A stretch of DNA of 64,000 bases, taken from the NCBI GenBank assembly GCA_963825055.1, contig CAWGSK010000009.1, positions 32,001-96,000 on the forward strand. The letters run 5' to 3'. Shown piece by piece: positions 37,162-47,785 of this stretch. Origin of the DNA: an uncultured Gemmatimonadales bacterium. GTDB lineage: Bacteria > Gemmatimonadota > Gemmatimonadetes > Gemmatimonadales > GWC2-71-9. Each line of letters starts with the position of its first letter. Position 1 is the stretch's first letter. The translations under genes were made by a program, and so were the position numbers. A model generated the notes under the pieces. That model worked only from the letters and a program-made list of their open reading frames with translations, ran no database searches and had not been told where the DNA came from.

Positions 37162-40087
37162 GTTGCGCTCTCGGTTCCGCCGTAATGCGTCGCGGAAGTT
37201 CGAAGGTGAAACTGGCTCCGCCCTCGGGACGGTTGCGGACCAGCACCTGGCCCCCGTGGGCCCGCACGATCCCGTGGACGATGGCGAGCCCGAGGCCGGT
37301 GCCGTCGCCGGCGGGCTTCGTGGTGAAGAATGGCTCCAGTATCCGGCCCAGCAGTTCCGGGGGAACCCCGGGGCCGGTGTCCATGACCTCGCACCGGACG
37401 ATGTCACCATCGTACACCGTAGAGATCCGGCAGGATCCGTCCTGCCGCCCCCGTATGCTGTACTCCGCGTTCTGTACCAGGTTGACCAGCACCTGACGCA
37501 CCTGCTCACCGTCTGCCTGGATGAGCGGCAGGTCCGGCGCCAGGTCGAGTTCCCACGGGGCGGTTCCCATCTCGCGGGCCGTGGTGATCACGTCGCGCAC
37601 CAGCCCGTTCAGGTCGAGATCGGTCAGGACGAGCGGCCGTTGCCGGCTGAACGTGAGCAGGTCATTCACGATCCGGGCTGCCCGGCCCGCCTCCGTCCGG
37701 ATGCCCTCGAGCACCCGCCGGGCCCCGCGGTCAGTGCCGGTTTCCGGCATCATGGCCTGGGCCAGGGCCATGATCCCCGCCAGCGGGTTGTTGAGTTCAT
37801 GCGCCACCCCGCTCACCAGCTGGCCAAGGGCGGCCATTTTCTCCGACTGCATGAGCCGCTCGCGCAGCGACATCTCGTAGGTCAGGTCGCGCGCAATCAC
37901 CAGCCGCGTCCCCGCCACATCCCCCACCAGCGGGACCCAGAGGATCGCCGCATTCCGGACGGAACCGTCCGGCCGGTTGAAATGTAAGATGAAATCCCGT
38001 CCGGAGCCCTCCAGGTCCCGGGCCAGCTGCCGGATGGCGTAATCACGGTCCGATGGCACCACCACATCCTCCAGCCGGATACCCTCCGGGGGTTCCCGGC
38101 CCAGGAGGTCCACCGCCGCCCGGTTCAGCGACTGGAACGTCCGGTCGGGCCCCAGGGTGAACATGGAGACGGGGGCGCTCTCGAACAGGGTCCGGAAACT
38201 CGCCTCCGATCGCTTGAGCGCCTCCTCTGCCAGCCGCTCGTCCGTCACGTCGTCCAGCGAAACGATCCATCCGCCCGACTCGATCGGTCCTCCGGTAACC
38301 GCTACGATACGCCCCTGGGGGGAACGGGCGAGGAGGCTCCGGCTGCCGCCGCCGCGAAGGAGTTCCGTGAGGGTCTCCGCGGCGGTGTCGACGGGCGTGA
38401 GCCGGGCATCCAGGTCCAGGCCCGGCAATCCGGTCACGTCCACGCCGGCGATCTCCGCCGCCGCGCGATTCGCACGTATCACCCGGCCGGCCCCGTCCAG
38501 GATGGCCAGGCCGGAAGTGGCGTCGAAGGCCGACTCCCACTCCTCCTTGGCCCGTCCGACCTGCTCCAGGAGCCGGCTCTTGCCGATGGCAAGCGCGGCC
38601 TGGTCGGCAAAGGCCAGGGCCAGGCGCCGCTCGTCCTCGGTGTAGCTCCGCCGCTCGTCGTGATAGAAGACCAGCGCCCCGATCACATCACCCATGAAAT
38701 TGAGCGGGAGGGCCGCCTGGGACACGATGCCTTCATGCTCCACGGCCGCCGCCATCCGGGGATTGCGCATCTCGCGCGCATCCGCGAGGAAAGCGGGGCT
38801 GCTCTCGAGGAGACGTTCGACGACGTGGAGCCCGCTGGACTGGTCCATCGCCTCGCGCACGTACTCCGGCGACAGCCCGATCGTGACCGGGGTGCCGACG
38901 ATGCCCTGCCCCGGCCTCAGGAAGTACACCCCCGCGCGCTGGGCGCCGAAGACCCGCATCCCTTCCTCGGCCAGGCGGCGCATGGTGCGCCCCAGCTCGC
39001 CCACCCGGGCGAGGTCGTGTGCCACGCGGCCCAGCGCCTCGATCTGCTGCAGGCGCCGCCGCAGCTCCGCACGCCCGCGCATGGCCAGCACCGCGGCCGC
39101 CGTCTGGTCGCCGATGGCGCAGAGGACCCGGCGCTGCTGCTCGGTCGGCTGGCGCCAGCTCCCGCTTGGCGAAGATACCGTCATGGTACCGACCGGCGTG
39201 GACCCCGCCCGGATCGCCACCGTGTAGTTCGTCCGAGCTTCCTCGATACCGGCCACGACGGTGGATTCGGTCTCCAGTTCACCATGACTGCTCCCACCCC
39301 CGAGCAGCTCGGCGATGGTGGACTCGCCGCTCCACCGGTCTCCCGCTTCGTGGTGGCGGGTTTCGGCGCCGGCCACGCCGAGCGTGATCACGGTCGCCGG
39401 CCGGTGGTCCACCTTCCAGGCGAGAAAGGCACCGTCCGCCCCCAGCAGCGCCATCGCCGCCGCGAGCCCACGCTGCACCGCCGCATCCACCGTCTCCACG
39501 GCAGCAAGGTCACGGGACAGGTCGAGCAGGATTTCGCTCGCCGCCAGCGCATCCCGCACGGTTGCCTCGGCCTGGTGGGTGGCGCGCGAAATCCGGGCGG
39601 TCTCGAGGGCGATGGCAGCGTGGGTCGCGATCGTCTCCATGATCCGGAGGTCGTCCGGCGAGTACGCGCCCGCGCGATAGGACTGGGTGGAAATGACGCC
39701 GAGGAGCCGGTCGCCGAGCAGCATCGGTACGTGGATCGCAGCGCCGGAGCGGGCCTGGCTGCCGAAGGTCTCGCCGTGCGGGGCGGGGCCCTCGCCCGGT
39801 GCGTTCACCATCAGGGGTGCCCGCTCCCGGACTACCCAGCTGGTGGGGCCGGCCGCGAGGGGGTGGGTGGCCGCGGGGAGGTCCTGCCCCTGGTCGTGAT
39901 GGGCGACAAAGTGCAGCTGCTCGCGTTGCGGGTCGTACAGGGCGAGGTAAAAGGCGTCGGTTTCCACCAGCCGCGCCGTCTCTTCGTACAGCACGGCATA
40001 GAGCGCCTTCGGGTCGAGCGAGCTGCCGGTCGCAAGCGCGATCCGAGCCAGCGCCTCCGCAGGCAGAGTGACGCGACCCTGGCCCAT
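37154..40087 (-). CDS. Cytoplasmic multi-GAF/PAS sensor histidine kinase
   Basis: About 3 GAF + 2 PAS regions; GVAHELNNPL H-box; NLVQNA, DTGPG, PFFTTK, GTGLGL; no TM segment seen. Confidence 0.92.
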   Translation of the reverse strand: MGQGRVTLPAEALARIALATGSSLDPKALYAVLYEETARLVETDAFYLALYDPQREQLHFVAHHDQGQDLPAATHPLAAGPTSWVVRERAPLMVNAPGEGPAPHGETFGSQARSGAAIHVPMLLGDRLLGVISTQSYRAGAYSPDDLRIMETIATHAAIALETARISRATHQAEATVRDALAASEILLDLSRDLAAVETVDAAVQRGLAAAMALLGADGAFLAWKVDHRPATVITLGVAGAETRHHEAGDRWSGESTIAELLGGGSSHGELETESTVVAGIEEARTNYTVAIRAGSTPVGTMTVSSPSGSWRQPTEQQRRVLCAIGDQTAAAVLAMRGRAELRRRLQQIEALGRVAHDLARVGELGRTMRRLAEEGMRVFGAQRAGVYFLRPGQGIVGTPVTIGLSPEYVREAMDQSSGLHVVERLLESSPAFLADAREMRNPRMAAAVEHEGIVSQAALPLNFMGDVIGALVFYHDERRSYTEDERRLALAFADQAALAIGKSRLLEQVGRAKEEWESAFDATSGLAILDGAGRVIRANRAAAEIAGVDVTGLPGLDLDARLTPVDTAAETLTELLRGGGSRSLLARSPQGRIVAVTGGPIESGGWIVSLDDVTDERLAEEALKRSEASFRTLFESAPVSMFTLGPDRTFQSLNRAAVDLLGREPPEGIRLEDVVVPSDRDYAIRQLARDLEGSGRDFILHFNRPDGSVRNAAILWVPLVGDVAGTRLVIARDLTYEMSLRERLMQSEKMAALGQLVSGVAHELNNPLAGIMALAQAMMPETGTDRGARRVLEGIRTEAGRAARIVNDLLTFSRQRPLVLTDLDLNGLVRDVITTAREMGTAPWELDLAPDLPLIQADGEQVRQVLVNLVQNAEYSIRGRQDGSCRISTVYDGDIVRCEVMDTGPGVPPELLGRILEPFFTTKPAGDGTGLGLAIVHGIVRAHGGQVLVRNRPEGGASFTFELPRRITAEPRAQHV

Positions 40088-40089
40088 GC

Positions 40090-40992
40090 TCAAAGCTCCC
40101 CGGGCATCATGACGCTTACCGCGCCCGGAACGATCGAGGCGGTGAAGGGCGTCTCGCCGCCGGGCTCGCCGTCCAGCTGGGCGGGCTGCGCGGGAAAGCC
40201 CTCGACCCGCACTTCCTTCCCCCGGGCAAACCCCACCAGGCGCTCGGACACTTCCGCCCCGCGGCTCCGGAGCAGGTCCCACACGGCCTGCACGCCCTGG
40301 CCGAAGCTGTTGGCCTGCACGGCCACGACATCGAGCAGGCCGTCGTCCGGGCGAATCCCGGGACCCAGGCGGATGAAGGGAGGGATCACTTCCCCGCAGT
40401 TTGCCACCAGCACCATCGCCGCGTGCGCATCGTACTCCTGGCCGTCCACCGTCACCAGGTAGTCGACGCTCCGCATCTCCGGGATCAGCCGGAGGGTGGT
40501 CGAGACATAGGCCATCATGCCCCAGCGCCGTTTCTGCTCGGAGCGGGTCTCCACCATGACGCGCGCGTCGATTCCAGCGCCACAGGCAACGGCGAAGTAG
40601 TGGATGCCGTCGGGCCGCTCGATCCGGCCCAGGTCGATCCGGCGGGGGTGGGAGCGGAGGAGGGCCTGCGCGGCACGAACCGGCGCGCCCGGGATCCGGA
40701 GGTTGCCCGCGAGCAGGTTCCCGGTGCCGCCCGGAATGAGTCCCAGCGCGACGTCGGTTCCCACCAGCGCGGCGGCAGCCTGCATGGTCGTGCCGTCACC
40801 CCCGAATACCGCGACCACGTCGACGGCATCCGCCGTCGCGTCCTCCGCGATGCGGCGCGCATCGCCGGGGCCGCACGTCGCGACCACGTCCGCCTCCCAG
40901 CCTCCGGCCGTCAACGTGTGGACCACGTCGGTGACGACGCCGGGGCGGGTGCGGGCGGCGGCAGGATTGGTGATGATGATGGCGCGGGTCAC
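40090..40992 (-). CDS. Diacylglycerol/lipid kinase family protein (YegS/DgkB-like)
   Basis: NPAA, GGDGT, PGGTGN, GAGIDA, QLDGE. Confidence 0.9.
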   Translation of the reverse strand: MTRAIIITNPAAARTRPGVVTDVVHTLTAGGWEADVVATCGPGDARRIAEDATADAVDVVAVFGGDGTTMQAAAALVGTDVALGLIPGGTGNLLAGNLRIPGAPVRAAQALLRSHPRRIDLGRIERPDGIHYFAVACGAGIDARVMVETRSEQKRRWGMMAYVSTTLRLIPEMRSVDYLVTVDGQEYDAHAAMVLVANCGEVIPPFIRLGPGIRPDDGLLDVVAVQANSFGQGVQAVWDLLRSRGAEVSERLVGFARGKEVRVEGFPAQPAQLDGEPGGETPFTASIVPGAVSVMMPGEL

Positions 40993-40995
40993 GCC

Positions 40996-43900
40996 CTAAT
41001 ATTCCTTCTCCCAGAGCAAATCGAAACCCAGCTGGTGCTCCTTCTCCGTTGCGATCGACTGCGAGGTGACACCGGTGGTGCAGATCTGGAGCGGCTCGAT
41101 GCTGGTCCGGGCCCGCCAGACTCGGCTGAAGCGGTGTTCGAGGCCGGCGCCGAGGCTCTGGCTGCCGAGGGAGCCGAACTCGCTGCCACAGACCCCGGCA
41201 CTCACCGTCAGGAAGTTCTTCCCGCCGAGCTGCCAGCCGAACGTGGCCTGGGTGAGCCCGGTGGTCAGGCCGATCGAGCTGTACCCCGTACGAATCTCGA
41301 CGTAGTCGATGGGAATCCCGAAATCCGAAACCAGCGAGCGCTGGAACTCCGATGACAGGGCGCTGGAGAGCAGCGCCACCGCGGCATTGACGAATGCGCG
41401 CTCCTGGCCGCCCGAGCCCGATGTCAGCTCGGGGTTGGGGCGCCCGAACATCAGGTAGCTCACGAGTTCCGTCTCCGTGGGCTGCGGGCGGATCGTACTG
41501 GTGAGTTGGAGCTGGGGGCGCTGGAGGGTCCCGGTGATGTTCGCGATGATGGGCACGTCCTCGGACTGCGTCTGCACGACGTGCGTGGCCTGGATGTCGA
41601 GTTCCGCGTTCAGGTCGGGGGTTCCGAAGTAGCGCACCTGCCCGCGCTCGACCTGGAAGTCCCGCGTGACGAACCCGATCTTGAGGCTGTAGGTGCCGCG
41701 GATGGCATTCAGCGTCCCGTCGACCGAATACCGGTCCGCCTCCTTGCTCACCGCAATGGATCCCTCCAGCTGGATGTTGGCGTCCGAGGACCGGAGCCAG
41801 AACTCGTCACCGACCTCAAGCTGGAAATTGCGGATGCGGAGGGAGTCGAGGAAGACGTTCTGGAAGGCCGCCCCCAGGTTCTCCTTCCGGATCAGCGTGG
41901 TGTCGACCAGGTCGCGGGCGAGGGGATCGGTCAGGTCCACGACCTGCTTGTTGAGCAGGTCGGCAAAGTGCAGCTCACCGCTGTTGGCCATCCCGGAGCC
42001 GTCAAGCACCGCGCCGTAGAGCGGGCCCTTGATGGTGGCGTTACCCGTGACCACAAGCGACAGGAACGCGCGGTCGTCGATCGCACGGAAGCGATTGGCC
42101 TCGAGCGTGAGGTTAAGGCTCGGGTCGGTCAGGCGGTTCAGCCTGATGGAGCCCGCCAGCTTGAGGTCGCCCGGTCCGCTGGTGGTGCGCAGGCGCTCGA
42201 TCACGATACTGTCGCCGGCGAAATGCGCCCGGCCGGTCATGTAGCCGTAACGCACGCCCAGGCTGGGAAGCGTTGCCGCCCCGTCCTGCACCTCCAGGAA
42301 CCCGTCGAGCTGCGGCGCATCCCACGTGCCGCTCACCTCGACATCGGCCTTCAGCAGCCCCTGGACCCGCCGCACGGTCGGTGTGAAGGCCTCCATCAGG
42401 GCCAGGTCCACGCTGTCGGCCACCGCGCGCACCGACAGCGGGCCGTCGAGTTGCCGCTTCGGGACCGAGGTGAAGGCGAGGTCGAGCGGGAGGCGCGCCT
42501 CGACGGTCAGGACCTGCACGCCCGTCCGCCAGAGCAGGAGGTTGGCCTCCAGCTGCTGGTTCTCGTAATTCACCACTCCCTGCACGAACGGCGCCTGGAA
42601 GTCTCCGAAGCGCGCATCGCCCAGCGTAACGGTGCCGGTGATGGTCGGCGTGCGCGCGGTCCCCCCGATGTCCAGCTCGACCCCGACCGACCCGCTGACA
42701 TCGGCGGTATCCCGCTGCAGGATACCGTAGACGTCCTTCAGGTCTATGCCATAGCCGGTGATGGCCAGCTGCCCGGGCTGGGACCGCGGGATCTCGCCGT
42801 TGACCCGGATCTGCGCGCCGCCAACCGACGGCCGGAGCTCGAGGCTGTCGATGACCATCGACCCGGCGGTCCGCTCGATCCGGGTCGGGTGAACGAGCTG
42901 CCACGTGTGCTCGGGCAGCACTGCCGTGAGCGAATCCAGGGCCAGGATGAAGCTCGCGGAATCCGGCTGGTACCACGTGCCGCCGCCGGAGAGGTCGGCG
43001 AGGCTTCCCGCCCTCATGCTGCCGCGCCAGTCGAGTGAATCGGGGCGGCCGCCAATACGGACGTCCACGTCATGGAATTCCTGGTCGCCATACTGCACCA
43101 GCGGGGACACCACGGTCGCGGCCACGTTCCGCCGGTCGGAGTTGCGCCACTCGAATGTCGCGTCGATCTCGCGGGAGGCGATCTGGCGGTACGCCAGGTC
43201 GTTGAGGGTGGCGGAGCCGGTCACGACGATGGAGTCCAGGGCCCCTTCCAGCTGTATCGACCCCAGCCCGATGCCCGCCAGGCGCTGCGGGGCCAGGCTG
43301 TCGGGCTCCATGCCGGTCATGGACGTCACAAGGGAGTCGAACGGGCTCAGCGTCGCGGCGGTCACGTCGAACGTCATCCGGCCGCTGTGAGGAGCCGCCC
43401 ATCCGAGGGTTCCGGCACCGGCCGCGCTGCCGTTGGCCCACGCGAAGTGCAGCGTATCCACCGTGATCAGGCTGTCGCGCACTTCCACCAGGGCAAAGGC
43501 ACTGTCGATTTCCGCCTCGCGAATTCCGCTCGGGCCGAGGCTCAGGCGAAGGCTTCCCTCGGGCGCCTGGAGCGTATCGACCACGCCCGTGGCGAGGAGG
43601 CGCCCCTGCAGGCGGGTGTGCAGCCCCCGGCCGGTCAGCATCGCCAGGTCGAGCCTGTTGAAGGTGGCCTGGAAACTGTCGGCGCCGAACCGGGGCGGCA
43701 GCAACATGAGCGTCCCGCGGGCCTGCACCTGCCCCAGCCCTCCCTGGAGGTCGGCGACCACGTCGAGGTGCTCGAGCGTGCCGCTGGTCTGGACGGTACC
43801 GGTCACGGAGCCCTGGGCGCGGAGCGCGGGGAGGCCGGCCCGGATTCCGTCGAACGAGAGCGGGTCCAGCCGCAGTTCGCTGTCCAGCCCGAGGGAGGTT

Positions 43901-45402
43901 CCCAGGGTATTGAAATGCACCCGGCCCCGGGCGACGCTGACCGGCCGGTCGCCGTCATGATGCCGGATGGTGCCCTCGTATACCGCGTCCTGCCAGGGAC
44001 CGTTGATGGTGCCCGCCAGGTCCAGGCGGCCCTCCAGCAGCGCCGCGGGAACCACCTCGCGAATCGTGGTCATCGCGATGTCGCTCGACTCGAGCACGAA
44101 ATCGGTGAACACCACGCCCTGGGGGCCGCCGTACGCGATCCGGCCGTGCCCCTCGAGGAGCGAGACGGGGTGCTCGGGTACCACGGAATCGGTGAAGGCG
44201 ATGTTGAACCGGATCGGGAAGCTGGTCCGGGCTCCCCCGCCCGAGAGGGCGCCCGTGATCGTGCCGTCGAACGGGATCGTGTCGATGTAGGGCCGCATCA
44301 GGTCGAGGTCGGCCGCCCGCACGTCCACGTTGAAGGCCTCGAGGGTGAACCCGGTCCGCTGGTCGATGACCGCGGTGGCGCTCCCGTCCACCTCGGTTGG
44401 CCCCGCGCCCAGGTGCATGTCCTTCAGGATGTAGGAGGTCCGGGTCTCGGAGGACGACTTCGCCTCGAAGTGCGTGCTGCCGGTGAAGGCCGGCAGCGTC
44501 GGCACGAAGCCGCGGACGTCCCGCAGGTCCACGCGGGGGGCGTCGAAGGTCAGGTCGAGCAGGAGGGCGCCACCTGGGAAGGCGACGTCGCCGCTGCCCT
44601 GGAACGTGGTGTTGGGCAGTTCCCCGTGTCGCGCAATGATGCGCGCGGTATCACCGACGATCGTGACCCGGCCCGCGAAATCGCGGAGATCCACCGCGGG
44701 ATCGCTCACCCTCGTGGCAAGCGAGTCGATGTCGGCCATGATGGGAGCGCGGGCCGGCGTGCTGATGCGGAGTTCCGGCAGCCTCGCGTTGAGACTGTCG
44801 AGCACGATCACCTTCCGGAGCCCCTCTGGCGAATCCTCGATGACCCGGCCCGGTACGTCGCGCTGCGCGGCGAGGGCGGCCTCACGCATCTGCGGCGTGC
44901 GCGCCGAGTCCGGCGGGTTCCAGGGCGTGGCAATCCGCACGGTGCCGTCCCGGATGGTGAGCCCGCGGATATCGAACAGCGGCGGCCGTCCTCCCCCGGC
45001 TCCCTCGCCGAGGCGGAGAATCTCGGCGTAGTTCATCCGCCCGCCGGGGTGCTTGATGAGCTGGATGAAGGGGCGCTCCAGCACGACATCCGACAGGATG
45101 AAGCGGCCCGACAGCAGGTTGGGCACCTGGTAGCCCACCTCCATCCGCGGGATCCGGGCGAAGGTCACTCCCGAGGTGTCCTTGAGCACCACGTCCCGGA
45201 GTTCAATGCCGAAGAGAAAGGAACCGCTCAGCTCGCCGATCTCGAGGTCGCCCCTGAACACGCCGTCCAGCATCTTCGAGGCATTCCGCGCCAGCAGGTC
45301 GTGGCCGGAATCGGTCCAGATGAGCGCGGCGACCACCCCCAGCACCAGTGGCACGGTGCCGAGCACCAGGACGAGGATGGCGTGGAGGACGCGGCGGCGC
45401 AT
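40996..45402 (-). CDS. Translocation and assembly module TamB-like protein
   Basis: 1468 aa, N-terminal anchor, beta-rich repeats, C-terminal DUF490-like region (LTSTIRP..ELVSYLMFGR); adjacent to an Omp85 gene. Confidence 0.82.
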   Translation of the reverse strand: MRRRVLHAILVLVLGTVPLVLGVVAALIWTDSGHDLLARNASKMLDGVFRGDLEIGELSGSFLFGIELRDVVLKDTSGVTFARIPRMEVGYQVPNLLSGRFILSDVVLERPFIQLIKHPGGRMNYAEILRLGEGAGGGRPPLFDIRGLTIRDGTVRIATPWNPPDSARTPQMREAALAAQRDVPGRVIEDSPEGLRKVIVLDSLNARLPELRISTPARAPIMADIDSLATRVSDPAVDLRDFAGRVTIVGDTARIIARHGELPNTTFQGSGDVAFPGGALLLDLTFDAPRVDLRDVRGFVPTLPAFTGSTHFEAKSSSETRTSYILKDMHLGAGPTEVDGSATAVIDQRTGFTLEAFNVDVRAADLDLMRPYIDTIPFDGTITGALSGGGARTSFPIRFNIAFTDSVVPEHPVSLLEGHGRIAYGGPQGVVFTDFVLESSDIAMTTIREVVPAALLEGRLDLAGTINGPWQDAVYEGTIRHHDGDRPVSVARGRVHFNTLGTSLGLDSELRLDPLSFDGIRAGLPALRAQGSVTGTVQTSGTLEHLDVVADLQGGLGQVQARGTLMLLPPRFGADSFQATFNRLDLAMLTGRGLHTRLQGRLLATGVVDTLQAPEGSLRLSLGPSGIREAEIDSAFALVEVRDSLITVDTLHFAWANGSAAGAGTLGWAAPHSGRMTFDVTAATLSPFDSLVTSMTGMEPDSLAPQRLAGIGLGSIQLEGALDSIVVTGSATLNDLAYRQIASREIDATFEWRNSDRRNVAATVVSPLVQYGDQEFHDVDVRIGGRPDSLDWRGSMRAGSLADLSGGGTWYQPDSASFILALDSLTAVLPEHTWQLVHPTRIERTAGSMVIDSLELRPSVGGAQIRVNGEIPRSQPGQLAITGYGIDLKDVYGILQRDTADVSGSVGVELDIGGTARTPTITGTVTLGDARFGDFQAPFVQGVVNYENQQLEANLLLWRTGVQVLTVEARLPLDLAFTSVPKRQLDGPLSVRAVADSVDLALMEAFTPTVRRVQGLLKADVEVSGTWDAPQLDGFLEVQDGAATLPSLGVRYGYMTGRAHFAGDSIVIERLRTTSGPGDLKLAGSIRLNRLTDPSLNLTLEANRFRAIDDRAFLSLVVTGNATIKGPLYGAVLDGSGMANSGELHFADLLNKQVVDLTDPLARDLVDTTLIRKENLGAAFQNVFLDSLRIRNFQLEVGDEFWLRSSDANIQLEGSIAVSKEADRYSVDGTLNAIRGTYSLKIGFVTRDFQVERGQVRYFGTPDLNAELDIQATHVVQTQSEDVPIIANITGTLQRPQLQLTSTIRPQPTETELVSYLMFGRPNPELTSGSGGQERAFVNAAVALLSSALSSEFQRSLVSDFGIPIDYVEIRTGYSSIGLTTGLTQATFGWQLGGKNFLTVSAGVCGSEFGSLGSQSLGAGLEHRFSRVWRARTSIEPLQICTTGVTSQSIATEKEHQLGFDLLWEKEY

Positions 45403-45404
45403 CG

Positions 45405-47555
45405 TTAGAACGGCTGCCCGATGGCGAAATGCAGGGTGTAGCCGTGGGGCCGCGGCTGGGTAAAACCGTTGTCGATCTGGATCAGGCGGCCGTCCTTGGT
45501 CTGCTGGTACAGTGCCCCGGGGGAGCGATCATACGGGTTGATGCCGAGATCGAACCGCGCCGGCCCGAGCGGCGTGGCCACGCGAATGCCGAAGCCCGGC
45601 GTCACCCGGATGAGCACCGGCGACTGGTCGGTCGAGCCGCGCTGCCAGAGGCCGCCGGCATCAGCGAAGATGGCCAGCCGCATGCGCTCGGAAAAAATCG
45701 GCGACGGGAAACGCAACTCCACGTTCCCGATGGTGAGGGTGTTACCGCCTGTGGCCGAGAACCGTGCGTCGAGCGTTCCGGCCCTGACCATCGCCAGCAC
45801 CGTGTCGGCCGGCAGGTCCGTCGCCTCCGTCACGTAGACCACGGGACCCAGCTCGGCACGGTCGTAGCCGCGGACATCCTGCGAGCCGCCAGCGTAGAAG
45901 CGCTGCTCGATCGGGATGAAGTTGACCTGCTGGCTCCCGATGTCCGTGGAGGGGGCGAAGATCAGGCCACCCCGGACACGCCAGCTCAGGACTACGCCGC
46001 GAGTCAGCGTTCGATACCACGCCATGTCAGCGCGCACGCGGGTAAACCGCTCCAGCGGGGAGGATCCGAGATACTGCGCACTGTGCGTGACCTCCGCTGC
46101 GGCCTGGTAGCCCCGCGTCGGGTTGAGCGGGTTGTTCACGCGGGGCCAGGTCACTGACGCGCTCAGCGCGGCCAGCCGCTGGTTCTGCTGGAGGAAGCTG
46201 CGGTCCTCGGCGGTACAGACGTTGAAGAAGGCGCAGAAGTTCGCCGCGCTCGCCCGGGTGCGACCATAGCTCAGCTGGTAGGTCAGCTGGATCGGGTTCC
46301 GCCGGCTCGTCTGCCGCAGCACGCCGATCGAGGCGCCGATCTCCTCCCGCTCGTAGACCTTGAACTCGCTCGACCGCTCGGCGTAGAGTGAGGCGGTGAT
46401 GGTGTTCTGCGGCGAGAAGAAATTCGGACGGCGGACGGAGGCGGTGAGGTTGTAGTTCACCCGCCGGGACCCGATACTGTCCTCCTTGAGGACCGAACAG
46501 AGGTTGTCCTTGAAACCGGCGTCCGCCGGCGGCGCGGCGCCGAGCTTCGACAGCTTGCCGCTCAGGGTGAACACACGTCCCCCGCCCAGGAAGTTGCGGG
46601 CCGTCCAGCTCGAACCAAGCCGGAAGCAGTCGGTAGTGCCGTACCCCACGCTGCCGGTGGTCCGGTGGAGTTTCGCGGTGCTGACCTGGACCGTCAGGGG
46701 AACCGAGGTGTCGCCCACGGCGTAGCGCGCCGAGTCGATCCCGACGCTCGCGGTGCGGAAGAGTTCGGTGCGGTAGAGGTTGCGCTGGCTCTCGAAGAGC
46801 GCCTCCTGCGAGAAGGGCCTTCCCGGCTTCGTCGCGAGCTGGCGGCGCACGAAGCTCGTGTCCACCGGGGAGGTCCCCTCCACGCGGATCTCCCCGATGC
46901 TGGCCGGCGTCCCGGGTACGAACTCGAGGGTCACGTTCGCGGTCCGTGCGTCACGGTCGACGTCGAAGCTCCGGAAAAACGCGGCGGCCGGGTATCCCGC
47001 GTTCCGCAGGCGCGCGACAATCGTGTCGCCCGTCGCGGTCATGAGGTACCGGTTGAACGGGTCGCCCTCGCGCAGCGGCAGGTCAACCAGGAGGTTCGAC
47101 CGGTTCGAGACCGAGTCGAGCCCCTCGAAGGCGAGCGACTGCACCCGTACCGGCTCGCCCTCGGCGATCTTGAACGTGATGCTGACCGACTCCGGCTTCC
47201 GTTCGACGACCGTGTCGACCTGGACCTCCAGGAACCCGCTGGCGCGATAGAACGTCTGGAGGCGCAGCACGTCACGCCGGAACTCCCGTTCGTCGAACAC
47301 GCGGGTTTCCCCGAGACCAAGCCACTTGAACGGGGGCGTCCGCGCAAACCAGCTGGAATTCGTCGTGCCGATGGCCGCGGCCAGGACGTCCTTGCTGATC
47401 GAGCTGTTGCCCTGGAAATTGAGGCCGAGGACAACCGGAGGCCCCACGTCGGCTTGCTGCTGTGCCGTGAGCCCGGCCGGCAGGAAGAGGGCAACCGCCC
47501 CGAGCAGGACGATTGCCCACCGCCCACCGTGCCGGCGGCGCGGGGTCAACGGCAT
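45405..47555 (-). CDS. Omp85-family (BamA/TamA-like) outer-membrane protein
   Basis: POTRA-like repeats; FYAGG..VRGY motif; TPLGPARFD; C-terminal IGQPF. Confidence 0.88.
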   Translation of the reverse strand: MPLTPRRRHGGRWAIVLLGAVALFLPAGLTAQQQADVGPPVVLGLNFQGNSSISKDVLAAAIGTTNSSWFARTPPFKWLGLGETRVFDEREFRRDVLRLQTFYRASGFLEVQVDTVVERKPESVSITFKIAEGEPVRVQSLAFEGLDSVSNRSNLLVDLPLREGDPFNRYLMTATGDTIVARLRNAGYPAAAFFRSFDVDRDARTANVTLEFVPGTPASIGEIRVEGTSPVDTSFVRRQLATKPGRPFSQEALFESQRNLYRTELFRTASVGIDSARYAVGDTSVPLTVQVSTAKLHRTTGSVGYGTTDCFRLGSSWTARNFLGGGRVFTLSGKLSKLGAAPPADAGFKDNLCSVLKEDSIGSRRVNYNLTASVRRPNFFSPQNTITASLYAERSSEFKVYEREEIGASIGVLRQTSRRNPIQLTYQLSYGRTRASAANFCAFFNVCTAEDRSFLQQNQRLAALSASVTWPRVNNPLNPTRGYQAAAEVTHSAQYLGSSPLERFTRVRADMAWYRTLTRGVVLSWRVRGGLIFAPSTDIGSQQVNFIPIEQRFYAGGSQDVRGYDRAELGPVVYVTEATDLPADTVLAMVRAGTLDARFSATGGNTLTIGNVELRFPSPIFSERMRLAIFADAGGLWQRGSTDQSPVLIRVTPGFGIRVATPLGPARFDLGINPYDRSPGALYQQTKDGRLIQIDNGFTQPRPHGYTLHFAIGQPF

Positions 47556-47642
47556 GCCTTCATGAAAATGCCTGTCGGGGAACAGGCCGGGGAGCGCTCC
47601 AAGATATGAACCTTTCCAGGCGAGCCGAGGGTGCCCGAATGA

Positions 47643-47671
47643 TTGACGATGCGCCCTAAGCCCTGTATTTT
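47643..47671 (+). promoter_or_regulatory. Putative sigma-70 promoter for the ABC/dacB operon
   Basis: TTGACG-N17-TATTTT. Confidence 0.55.
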
Positions 47672-47785
47672 CGCCATCTTACGTCACCCTGTCAACGCGG
47701 ATTCGCCGCGGCGCCGATCCGGTTGTTCGAGTACGATGCGGTGGTCCAGGGCGCCCTCATGCATTTTCCCACCCCCGGTTCGCGA

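Noticed and set aside
43072..45408. Long antisense or alternate-frame ORFs (e.g. 43072..45408, 10906..12690, 26455..28596, 38660..40462)
   Set aside because: Shadow ORFs expected in high-GC DNA opposite well-supported genes; no motifs.
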